Shown here: positions 34,381 to 45,799 of the stretch, piece by piece
How the letters are laid out: the number at the start of each line of letters is the position of its first letter
Position numbering within the stretch: position 1 is the stretch's first letter
From: Lophium mytilinum
Lineage: Eukaryota
DNA length: 64,000 nucleotides
Assembly (NCBI GenBank): GCA_010093605.1
Contig: MU004183.1
Span: 1,426,001-1,490,000 of the forward strand
Direction: 5' to 3'
Position numbers and translations under genes: made by a program
Notes under the pieces: model-generated
Database searches by the model: none
What the model saw: only the letters and a program-made list of their open reading frames with translations
What the model was told of the DNA's origin: nothing

Positions 34381-36513
34381 ATGTCCCCTCCAGTTTCCCC
34401 CCATACCTGTCAAGACTGCTGCTCCATCATAATAAGCAAACCCTCGCATTTAGAGCTTGGAGAAATAGGCACCGGCGGCGAATACGACTTCCTGCCCGTC
34501 TTCTCATTCGACGGCCAGACAGTGCAAGAAGCTGCATCAAAAAAGTGCGATTTCTTCGCCTGGGCTCTTCAAAAGCTTCTAGAGAGCGACGCGGATCGCG
34601 CATTCGGAAGCCTCGCCCATCTCGATCATGACTGGGTTTTTGCGGGGGAAATGACGAAGAAAGTGCTCCGAGAATACGGAGATTTACAGCGCTTGGTTTG
34701 TCGGTGGTACTATAAAACTAGGGAGGTGCATTCCATGCATGATAATCGACTTTGCGTTATCGCGGAAGAAGGTCCGTTTGATTTATCTTAGCATCGATTT
34801 GATACATCAGCCGGGACTAGTAATTCCAGGTGGTGGAGAGTTTAAAGGAGTCTTCTCCATTTCCTCCAACTCGTAGCCACAAGCTGAGCTTCTGAAGATG
34901 ATCCCGCGGCGCAGTACATCTCCGGCAGACCATTGAACCGAGTAATAAACTCGGACGAAGCATTCAATACTGCAAGAAATTGGCTCGACGAGTGTGTGCA
35001 TAGCCATGGACGGTGCAACGCAGCCACCAACAGTTCTATGCCTACCAGAATCATCGAAATCCAATGGGGACCAGAGCAGCCAGAGCCTACACTGCGGCTC
35101 TTTGTAAACCCTGTCCAAGAGAATTATGCGGCGCTAAGTTACTGCTGGGGAGGAGATCAGGAGTTGAAAGCTACAGCATCAATGATTGGAAACTTGATAA
35201 AAGGTATTCCGTTCTCCAAACTCCCAAAAACTATACAGGACGCTATCCGCACGACCTGGCAACTCTCGCTGCGCTTGTTGTGGGTAGACGCGTTCTGCAT
35301 TATACAAGAAGACAAGGTCGATACGATAAGAGAATTAGCGGCGATGCCCGACATTTACCAAAACGCGTATATCACGATCTCTGCGGCGCGAGCACTGAAC
35401 AGTCGAGAAGGATTTCTGGGAAACATCGTGGTCCCCAGTGCAAAAGCAGCTTGCTTTAGACTGAGATATCGTCACCCTAGTGGGTCTGATGGCACCGTCA
35501 TTACATTCTCCGAGCCACGAGATGGACATGAGCTAGATCCTATCGAGACGCGTGCTTGGACCTTGCAAGAATCGTTCCTCTCTCGTCGAATCCTGAGATA
35601 TGGCGCTTCCCACCTCAGCTGGAGCTGTAGAGAAAATGTAGACACGGATCAACCCGGAACTACACCCGTCCAGGCTTCGCAATGGGAAGGAGACCGCCTT
35701 TTGCTCCTCCAGATACGATCCATACGCACTAGATCGTCCTACGGTGACACCGCGCAGACTCTCCAACTATGGGTGTACCTAGTGGAAGAGTACACCCGCC
35801 GAGAACTTGGAATGCCTCGAGATCGGCTTTCCGCAATCTCAGCCCTGGCGCAATTTTTCTCTGTAATATTGACTTGTGATTATGCAGCTGGAATATGGCT
35901 TGGGGATCTTACCCAGCTACTATGGATATGTGCTTCGGAGTGCTGCCAAAGACGGCCGAGCCACTGCTTGGCGCCTTCTTGGTCCTGGGCGTCTATCCAT
36001 GCAAGTAGCTTGATCAAATTTCCCGCAAGAGATGAGTTTAGCCGGCGTTTTAGGAGCGTGGATCCGAACTTGAGCGTTTTATCTTACGAGAGTACGGTGG
36101 GAAACCCTTTCGAGGCTCCGATTAGTGCACGTTTGGAAGTTAAAGGCCTTGCTCGACAAGCACTGTGGGCGTATGATGGGGAGAATGGCTCGCTTCTTGA
36201 GATTGACGTAAAAGGCGGGGAAGATGACAGCACCGGGATACGCATATTCCCGGACACACTTGAGGACATACCGTCTGACCCGATCTGTCCGGAATTGGTG
36301 TGGTGCTTACAGATATGCCCCTGCCAGTCGGGTCGTGGTCCTTATGGTTTACTGTTGAAGAAGTCGGAAGAAGCGTTGTGGAGGCGGGTTGGAATGTTTG
36401 AAGCTAGCAGCACAGAGTCCCTACATTCAAATGATTTAGAGGCAGAGTATTGGAAGACAAAAGTGGAGCGATGGACTAGTAGGAACGAACTCTGTAGAAT
36501 AGTCATGTACTAA
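34381..36513 (+). CDS. HET-domain (heterokaryon incompatibility, PF06985-type) protein, 2 exons
   Basis: YAALSYCWGG, LPKTIQDAI, LWVDAFCIIQED, MPDIYQNAYITISAA, RAWTLQE, APSWSWAS. Intron ~34772-34897. Confidence 0.92.
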
Positions 36514-37108
36514 TGATAGCATCGTAAAAAGGGGTATGCTTGCTTACTAGAACATTTGAGGTGAGGACCAGGGAAGCGGTGATCGAGAGGTGGATCTCAT
36601 GAGATATCTGTATACATATTGGGAGCCTACACATTTGCTTTCCCATGGGCATGATCCACTCTGACAACAACGGCAAGGCGGTTCCGATATCTTAGTTGGT
36701 GGAAGGGATGGATTAATCCCTTGAGAAAGGTCAAGGATCCGGATATCAGGCAAGACTTAAGCTTTAATGAGGGGTAGCGGCCTTAGGTAGTCCTGCTGTA
36801 CCGCACGACATCAGCTTGGCTACATGAGCCGTCCGTACTGCGATACACATTCGTTGCTTTAGAATAAGAATGCACGGACTCCATATTCCAGAACTAAAAG
36901 GTGAGGAAAGCCACACGATAAAGAGCGATGTGTAGACGGGATATAATATCATAATCATTCGTGAGCTGAAATTTAATACTTGGCCTCTGATCTCATCTCG
37001 TATTCTAGTCGCGTTAGCAAGTAAATAGGACGCCTTGCATGCACCACAGTGCCAGCATCGTCCCACACCTTGACTAAGCCTACTATGCCATGGCCGGGGT
37101 CCAGCTAC

Positions 37109-38099
37109 CTATAGCCCAGCCTCGGCCTCCACCCACTGCCTCCACTGCTTCCATTCTGGATACCTCAGCTTGACTTGTCGTCCTTGATATCGCACGACTT
37201 CTAGATCCTTGACAGCCCTCCACTGTGATCTTGGGCCACTCCAGCCTGCCTTTCGCATCAAACTGATCAACGTATCCTCCTTCTCCCACTTCTGCTCACG
37301 CGCGACGTCTGGAAGGTATGTCGAACCAAGTGTTTCCCCGTTGTACCTGAAGGAGATTCGTAAGCCATGTTTACCGATCTCCCATGCCATAGGATCCGAC
37401 ACGTCCTCGAAGTTTGTCAGAAGAGTGACGCCGCATTCGAGGGAGGCAAGTTCGCTGCGCTTGATTCGATCAAAGCGATGATCGCCAAAGGCACTGTGGA
37501 TTGACATGGCGCGTCAGCTTTCCATACTTCTCATCTGTCTGAACTCGGACTCGGCGGACTATGACTTACGATGTTAGAGCATAGCTCCGCAGCCCGTCGT
37601 CGAGCTCATGTGGGGCGAACGTGCCAATGCAGCCGCGCAAACTGGTTTCGTTGCCGAGAACGGTATTCCAGGTCACAAAAAGTGGCGAAGCTTCGGATGT
37701 GCAGGGAGTTGACTTCTCTTCTGTCTTCGCTCGGCGGCCGAAAGAAAAGAACGAGGAGCCAGTTGAGGACTTTGAGGTCGCTGATGAAGCTGCGCTCTGG
37801 ACGGAGGAGGTCGAATTCGTGGATGGGACAGAAGACGAGCTTGAAGTAGCTGGGCTTGGAGCGACGAGACGGCTTATAGCAGCCGGACGATACGAGTTGT
37901 CAGGAGTGGCTTCGTCCTCGTCTTCAGCGTCCTCGTCTTCAGCATCGTCGTCTTCGGCGTCGTCGTCCTCGGCGTCGTCGGGCCCATCGTTGTATTTGTT
38001 CCACAGGGCCTCGACTTGGGTAAGAGTGAGGGGTTGTCTCCTCTCCAAACTGGCCGCCAAGGTCTCGAAACAGTACGCGCAGTGGGCTTCAGTCGCCAT
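37109..38099 (-). CDS. AMMECR1: AMMECR1-domain protein, 2 exons
   Basis: HCAYCFETL, PLFVTWN, LRGCIGTF, SAFGDHRF, WEIGKHG, TYLPDVAREQKW, LMRKAGW. Intron 37569-37494. Confidence 0.92.
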
Positions 38100-39329
38100 T
38101 GTAGAGGTATCTTGTCGTCAGTAGCTAGGCAGGGCAGTGAGGTAGTCTACCCTGACGAAAGAGGAAAGTTGTAGTCTAGAAGGAAGAACGCAAGGACAAC
38201 TAAATATCACTGTTGGGCGGTAAATCAGATGAGGCCGGACGCACGCAGTGTTTGAGGAAGCTGAGTCGCGAGGGTGGTGCAAGTCGCAGGCCGCTGGACT
38301 GGGTTGAGATGAAACGGGTGGCTGAGTATCTGTCTCCGGTCGGTCTAGAAGAGCATGGAGGTCATCTTGTCGGGTTATTGTTAAGTGTGATGCTCTGGTA
38401 TTACCGCCGACAGCTTGCCAAGGGGTACGGAGGAAGGGGGAGAGCAAGAGGAGTGAGAACGTGGGGTGGAAGACCGGAGTTGGTGATGCCCCGCTATGAT
38501 GGGATGGAGGTTGAGCTTTGACCATCCACGGCTGCACGTGGTGTCTTTATTCTACTTCGAGATAGAGGAAGAACGCGCAAAGATAGCGGCAGTATTCGTA
38601 CGATCTGATTCTCTCGGACGCGAAATCTTCACGACTTATAGTTTGAAAAGCTTTGGTCTGCGAGTTACGTCGATTGGGGATACATCAAGCTCTGGAGATA
38701 GTAAGTCAACGAACTCATCATCAGTCTGATAGGCTGGAACTTTACGGTAGGACGAAGTCAATTTATATAACTTTATCATGCTGGATACTAGCTTTCAAAA
38801 TGAATTTAGTATACGTCTAATTGGAATCCTAGGGTCCATCCATCCAACTTTCTCAATATCCAACAACCCAAAAGCAATCATCGAAACTGTATATGTACCC
38901 CTCTCCTTCATGCACCTGCGCCTCATGGGGAATAGGGCGGTGTTTGGTAATGGGAGGGAAATTGATCTTGGCACGTAGAATTTTTCCTTCAGCAAATAAC
39001 GCATAAGAGAGCGTGATGCTGTACACACAAATGCCAGTGTTGAGGTCACGCAAGTCGTCAATAGAGTGAGGAAAGGAAAAAGGAAAGAAAAAGCCAGGAT
39101 CAGAGGTAGTCAGGCGTAAAGTCGAAAGTCGTGGGGCTCCGGAAATAGCATGGGCTGTCGGCTCACTCTGCCCTCACAAACGGTGAGTTGATGTCATTGA
39201 CTGTACCCTTGGCAGGGAAATTCTGTCCTGATTTCAGCTAATTGCCGCCGGAGTGTTTATGCCATTGACGCCAGCCAAATGTCTCGTCGTGAAAACCACA
39301 ATCCTTCTCGACCGTTCCGAAGTCGTCGC

Positions 39330-39757
39330 TCATGCCGAATCTCGCTTGCCCTCCTTGACCTCCTTCTGTAAGTCCAGATCTGTCAGCGCTGTTCTTGGGG
39401 TATCCAAGTCCATTGAAGCGATGGGCTACGCACCAATGCCTTCATCGTTCCGTGCAGCGCATGCCTATGGTTCCTTCGGAACTTGGGGTCTGTGCCTTTG
39501 AGGGAAGGGTATCGGTTGGTCTTTGGCTTCTTGATGCTACAGGTGGAGAGATGGTGTCAGCTCTAGTTCGCGCATGTAGATACTGCGAGTGTCCGGCCAT
39601 GCGCGCGCAGCATAGGGCTTTGGGGGGAATTGGATGCGCACCCGTTCCTGTGGTTCTTCTTCGCCTGATTGTGCTGAGACGAGTTCTTGGATTCTTCGCA
39701 GTGTTAGCTGAGCGACAAACAAGCCGGGAGCTGGATAGAGCTTCACTCACTGGCCAT
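39330..39757 (-). CDS. RPL29: 60S ribosomal protein eL29, 4 exons, 65 aa (absent from the ORF track)
   Basis: Splices to [65 protein letters not shown]. First exon is only 7 nt; GT-AG introns. Confidence 0.95.
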
Positions 39758-40944
39758 GGCGACTGTGTCTCGACGTCGAGGTTTGTGATGTCGTTGGTGT
39801 GGTCGAGGCTGCTCTCGCGGGTCGTGGAATTCGCGAAATCATGAGTGCGGTTAGCGGAAATTCGCTAGTCAGCTTCCGTCCTTAGCGTCTTGGCTCCGAG
39901 GGCTTACCTAATCTCCTCACTCACCCTCAACTTCTTCAACGCTCGAATATATCTCAATGCACCAATACATCTCTGTTTTAGATCAACCCTTGCCTTGAAC
40001 GAGCAGTGCTTAAATCGTGGCGAAAGCTCAAGCGATAGTTTTCCCAACTCTCTGCCCTGGCTGAGGGACTGGTCACCTCTCAAAGAAAATTCTATAGAAT
40101 TAAGATTTCGCTTCCACAGGTCGTTCGAGGTGGAGCTTGCTTTAAGGCACTGACCATAAAGAAAACCTCGAATACGTCTCAAGGTTTCATCTACCGCCAA
40201 CCCTATCTTGAAGACTCTCCATTCGTGACCAACCCCCGCCATGACACTACGGTAGCTTGTGTCGACTAGCTTTAGATACTTAGTAACCACAACACCTATT
40301 CATGTTGGCCGAATTCAGTTTCTATCGCCACAACACCGTAGTCCATTGAGAAATATGATTACGCTATGCTCACGGGAAGTCACCAGCTTGATCCATGTGT
40401 GGATTAGCCGGGTGTCCAAGCTATGGAAGACGCAGCTGAAAGAAGGCAAACCCTTGGATAATGAGATTTAGACAGCAGTTTGATCAACAAAGAGAGTTGA
40501 ATGACGCTGCTAGGCTTAGCTTGACGCAAGAAAAGATCCCACGAGAAGTATCGGGCGCTCATGAGAGATGCCAAACAGATCCAAAAGACCGGAAAGCAAC
40601 TTACTACTTCTCTCTATGTCCAAGATAGAAAGCTATCAAGCAAACCAGGCCTCTTTCCATATAAGAGACACCAAATCGCCCACCATGATCTTTCATCAAT
40701 AGCCTTTTTCACTCATCGCATAACTCACTTCAAAACCTCAGATCTACTAGACTGCCAGGCCATCGGCCCTTTCCAAACCCTCTCGATTCCTACTCTGTCT
40801 ATCAGACTCAAAGACAGTTTGGAATTCCCGCGGACACCGGAGCGCGAGCGCCTCGACGGTCTTGTCCAGCAGATCCAGGCGCTACATCAGCTAATCGATA
40901 TCATAATAATTGACTTCGACGATATTCTAGCAGAGCCTTTCGAT

Positions 40945-41403
40945 ATGGAAGAAGTCAGTGAGCGTTTCGACCGGCTCGCAGAAGCCAAAAAGCTGATCGT
41001 CCACCTGCTTGAGCGAGTCGATGACTCGTTCTTCGATGAAAAGCGGGAGGAGGTGGAGTATGCTTATGCGGCACAGGAAGGTCGGGAGCTGGAAGCTCGG
41101 GAGCCAGAAGTGGGAGAGGAGGCCCGGAATGAAGAAGTAGAGAAGGAAACGCCGCAGCAAGAAGTGGTGGAGGAAGCTCAGCCGAATGGAGCGACGGAGG
41201 GCAACCAGCAGCAAGGGGTGGCAGAGACTGAGGTACCGGCTCGTCCTCTTGATCAACATCTTGACGATATCCAAGCCACACTTCGGACACTTACTTCGAC
41301 CAAGGAAGAAATGTTGATGCTTTCCAAGGGGGTTGAGAAGGCGGGAGACACACTTGTGCTGATCATGCTGGTACTACTGCTAGTCGTTTGGTGGATTAGA
41401 TGA
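40945..41403 (+). CDS. Hypothetical acidic/coiled-coil protein with a C-terminal TM helix (tail-anchored-like); start uncertain
   Basis: Glu-rich ORF ending TLVLIMLVLLLVVWWIR. Confidence 0.5.
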   Translation: MEEVSERFDRLAEAKKLIVHLLERVDDSFFDEKREEVEYAYAAQEGRELEAREPEVGEEARNEEVEKETPQQEVVEEAQPNGATEGNQQQGVAETEVPARPLDQHLDDIQATLRTLTSTKEEMLMLSKGVEKAGDTLVLIMLVLLLVVWWIR

Positions 41404-42452
41404 AGGAATGCGTGGAGCAGGGATGGTAGGACTATCGGAGTAAGACAGCAGGGCAGATCGATGAAATTTGGAACAGAATGGAAGGGTTTAGCTACGCAGA
41501 AGTGAGCTCTAGAAGTTGAAATAGGACAATCAAGCTATACTGAGGCAAAAAATCTCGTCGGTAAAGTATACTTAAGAGCGTTATCCTCTGTCATTGCCAA
41601 TTTAAGCTCACTCCGCACGTTCTTCCTGGATGTGTTAGACTAAAGAACCTTCCACTACTATGGACCCCAGTCGCGCCCGACGAGCCTTCATAGCAGATAC
41701 ACCTCTCCGCCGCCGCTCTCAATTGCCCCATCGAGGCTTCAGCTCCGCTCCCGAAACTTGGCGTCCAGCTGCGTAGCGTAGGCGGCATGCAACAACCCCA
41801 CCACCTGTTCACCACAGACTGGTTCCAAGTCAGCTAACTTGGACTTTAGTGGTTGGCTACACATGTGTTGTGGCAGATGAGTCTGCCACCCGGAAGGAGT
41901 GGAGGGGACGCGAGAGTAGGGAGCGGAAGCAATTGTCATACCAATCATGACAAATGAGTGAAAATGGTTCCTTTATTGCCATTCGTAGCAATCATGCACT
42001 CCTTTTGATTCAGTGATAAAGTTTGCTCTTCTTAGAATGCCTCCAATGAGCGGATATTTTCATAGATAGCTATGGATTCGCAATACACTGTCAGGCGGCC
42101 CCTTCCTTTCTAGCAGGCTTACTCATCATCCTGTCTATATCTTTCCTCCTTCCGCTGATTGCTAGCTTCCTCGCAATCATCAACACAACAGCTTTTGGGC
42201 CTACATCTGGTCTTGATTGCTTTTCCATCTTACTACCACTCAAATTTACGAGAGGATAAGCAAGTTTTGATATCGCGCGCTCGCTTCACCAGGATTCATA
42301 CGAACCAGTTCCCAAAGCGGAAGACTATCGGAATCACTTCACGACGCGGCTTCGTCGTCCACATCATACACTTTACTCTATTTCTCAACCCCACCTTAGC
42401 CCTTCCAATCCCAATCATACCACCTCCCTCAATCACCACGCACCGCCCAACC

Positions 42453-43475
42453 ATGGCCCACCAACCTCAAACGCCATCCTCCGCTGAGGCCTCAAGGACA
42501 GCCTCTGAATCCCCTGTTACAATGGACCAGTCCTCAACGGAAGTATCTCACGATGACGCGTCAACAGCCGCAACGTCACCCTGGACCTCTTCAATAACTA
42601 CTCCTTTGATCCCGCTCACCCCACAGGCCCATCTTGAGCAGGACCTGCAGATTCTAGGAAGGTGGATGGAGGACGTAGTGAAGGACTCTCATGGAAGCGA
42701 GGACGAGGAGATTGCCGATGACGTTGAACGCAGAAACGGTCGTGGTACAAGCCCGACTGCATATAAGGAAGACACAGATTCCTTCCAGATCATCACTTCC
42801 GGCCTCGATGTTGGCGGTATCGAAGCTCAGACTGATGGATACGATTACTATGGCATCTGCGATGTTGTGGATACATACGCCGATGCTGGCAAGCCCGGAG
42901 TCGCTAGGGGAAAGGAGGGCATGAAGGTCATCGATGACGCTAAGCGGAAGTACACGGGGGAAAGAAGCGGAGCCTGTGAACTCGCTGTCAGTATTAGGGG
43001 TGGTGGCCATCTGCCCGCGGACATCCCAAGCTACGGCGTGAATGCCGGGTCAGAGGGCCGGCAGAACGAGGAGGGAGAATCGGAATTTTATCTCCACGAC
43101 AGATTAGAAGGAGTGCACGAACTCCTGGAGCATGCCGCCAACGAAAATGGGCCACAGGCTGACCGCGCTCGTCGCCAGTCTGATGACAAAGTCGCCCCGA
43201 CGAACCTCGCTCAGGAGCAAGCATTCCGCCACTGGGTGGAAAGCCAGTTTCTCGAAGTCTACGTTGTGTTCCGGGAGCACGATGAGCGGATCAAGGAGCA
43301 GGATAAGCAGGTTAAAGAGCATGATAAGCGGATCAGGGCGCTTGAATACCATTCGCTCGTGAACACCAACCGATCCAATCACTCCAGTTGGTTCGGGATT
43401 AGCGTTGTGATGTTGATGGTGGGGCTATTGGTGGAAGCCTTAGGTCGGCTTCGTCAATCCGGCGCGATGGATTAG
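42453..43475 (+). CDS. Hypothetical protein with a short coiled coil and C-terminal TM helix
   Basis: Long ORF from MAHQPQ; heptad-like EHDERIKEQDKQVKEHDKRIRALE; hydrophobic WFGISVVMLMVGLLVEAL. Confidence 0.55.
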   Translation: MAHQPQTPSSAEASRTASESPVTMDQSSTEVSHDDASTAATSPWTSSITTPLIPLTPQAHLEQDLQILGRWMEDVVKDSHGSEDEEIADDVERRNGRGTSPTAYKEDTDSFQIITSGLDVGGIEAQTDGYDYYGICDVVDTYADAGKPGVARGKEGMKVIDDAKRKYTGERSGACELAVSIRGGGHLPADIPSYGVNAGSEGRQNEEGESEFYLHDRLEGVHELLEHAANENGPQADRARRQSDDKVAPTNLAQEQAFRHWVESQFLEVYVVFREHDERIKEQDKQVKEHDKRIRALEYHSLVNTNRSNHSSWFGISVVMLMVGLLVEALGRLRQSGAMD

Positions 43476-44689
43476 GGGTTGTGCGGGCTGAAGAGATGAG
43501 TAGCCGATACTAAGGCTGTTCAAGGTAAAATGGCGGAGTTTTTGTTGCGATGAACTGCGCGAGCGCCATGAGCCTGATTAGTCCTGTTTTGTGAGGGTCA
43601 AGTCATGACGCAGGGTTCCACCATGAGTTGACCTCAGAGCTGATAAAGACAAAGATCGAGATATTACTAGAAAGTGCATCGACTAGAGCTGATCGGAATA
43701 GAAAACAGGGTACAAATCCAGTATTAGACCATGAAGATAACATGCTTCGAACCGGGCAGACTTCATAGTCGGTTACATGGTATTAATGAATCACACACTG
43801 ATTGCTAACACAGAGAGATGCTTTCAAGAAGTGATGAAGGCATCTTAATGAAGGAAATGACGGTTCATGTGACGATAATGACTCCTGAAAGCTGGCATTA
43901 TACCCAAATTAATGATCGAAAAGCCCGGGCTGCGCCTCTGGCCAACGTATTTAGAGTTCAAATCAACGTGCTCCAGTTATGCTCATTATTCGGCCGGTCC
44001 TCGAAATAAAATCCTTTTCCGTTCTAGGTTCCTGCCACTCGTCTCTGCTTGCAGGTATGCTTCACGAAGAGCCTCGCGTCAAGAGTTTGTTTGGCTCACT
44101 TTCGAAGATAGCTGCGTCCAAAATGTGTCGATAATCAATTATTCTTCTCGAGCCTGCCGATGTGTTGATGGTATGGCGTGAGAAAGACGCCGGCGGAAGA
44201 TTCCGTATATCAAAGTGGAAGAAAACAATTTTCAGCTTAGCGCCACCAAAGTTGAGTGGGAACGATAGAGCCGCAAGGCTGAATAACACTTAAGAAGATA
44301 AGTTGTACTCGAGTTTGCGTGGTATGTCGTGCTTCAAGTCCCTTCGGGGAGTATGGCCTGGAAGTTAGGTTCAAGCAACGGTCGTGATGCCATCTCAGCA
44401 TTTCAGCGCGATCTTATTCGGTCTGGAATCTCCATGAACCTGGGAAGTTTCTTGGGAAGATGGAGGTGCGCCTCCAATATATTACTCTCGCCAAAACCTC
44501 CCTTTTTGTTCCTAGACCGTCGCCTGGCTTGCGCCAAGCGGCTGACTCTCATCTGCCTCATTGCCTTCTCGCAGCACAGCCACGAGCGCGTGCCCCTATA
44601 TCTTCGGGCAGCAGTCTGAGATCTTTCTTGACGTTCCGCTTATGCACCATCATAGTCGACAACTCATCATCACGTGACCCCGAGAAACC

Positions 44690-45231
44690 ATGGTAGCAGC
44701 CCCCGTGGCAGTAAAAGAACCGCGACCTGGCGAAAAGATCCTCATCTGGATTCTCCAGATCGTTGGCTTCTTAACCGCACTCATCTTTGGCACCTTTTCC
44801 GTCCTATCGTGGAAGATCGCGCAACAAGCTACCGCAGAAGCTTCGTCTGCCAATCTGCTCTCCTTTATCGCCCTCTGTGAGCAGGCCTTGACCGACAATA
44901 GCCTTAGTATAGCTTGACCAGATTCAATCCGCAAGTCCTAGTTCTCATTTAGATTTAGTCCGAAGTAGCAGGCATATGCTTGGATGCCTCGAGCCAAGCA
45001 GCAGCATCATTGAGCTCATATGCCGCATCGACCTTCCCAACATTAGTGGGAACTGGGCTTCCAACTCCTAGCCCTGGAGGCGGACAGCATTTGAGCACCG
45101 GTGCGATTGCAGGGATTGTGATTGGCGTTTTTACCGCCCTTTTCACTGTTGGCTCTGCTTTCATCACGTTCTGTGTTAGAAGGCCAAGGGTCAGGGCTGT
45201 GGCCGTTTCGTCTGCTACCGGACTGCGTTAA
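44690..45231 (+). CDS. Small membrane protein, probably 2 exons
   Basis: TM segments ILIWILQIVGFLTALIFGTFSVLSW and LSTGAIAGIVIGVFTALFTVG; intron-like gap at ~44907-44957. Confidence 0.5.
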
Positions 45232-45799
45232 TGGATTGAGGCTTTTGGTGTGGAATTTGCGTTACCGAATAACCATCTATCCCGCGCGACATGTGACACC
45301 TGTACCTCATCTTCGCCATCTTCTCACCCATCTGTACTCTTTAATTTGATCCGCGGCGGATGTGATGGGAGAGAGCCCATGTAACGAGCTTCATTCGGAC
45401 CGAGGGGACTGTTGGAGAGTGTTGGTAATGAATGTTACTACGAGATGTATGAGTGATTCTCGTTCGTAGGTGCAGGTGGCGGAGCGGCTAAATGGCACTA
45501 TGTACTCTTTAAGTGGTATGAAATCAAACGCACGATCCATCCACGTCATCCCCCTTCCTCAACCTTCTACCTGTTCATTTCAACGATTTCGTTTATATAG
45601 CTTTCTTGTTTTCAAATGCGTAGGAATGCTATACACTGTTTGAGCTGAAGTATTTCAAGTCTGTCCGCCACTGAAAGGCTCAGGCTCGCGATTCTACAAG
45701 CCTAGTTCGCGTCCGAAAACTCAATATCACTTCAATGAATCAACGATAGTTCTTATTATCGTCTTCTCTTGCTTATTATGAATTATATAATGGTGCTAA

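Noticed and set aside
39904..40290. 128-aa minus-strand ORF next to RPL29
   Set aside because: GTG start and no recognisable motif; cannot be supported as a gene.
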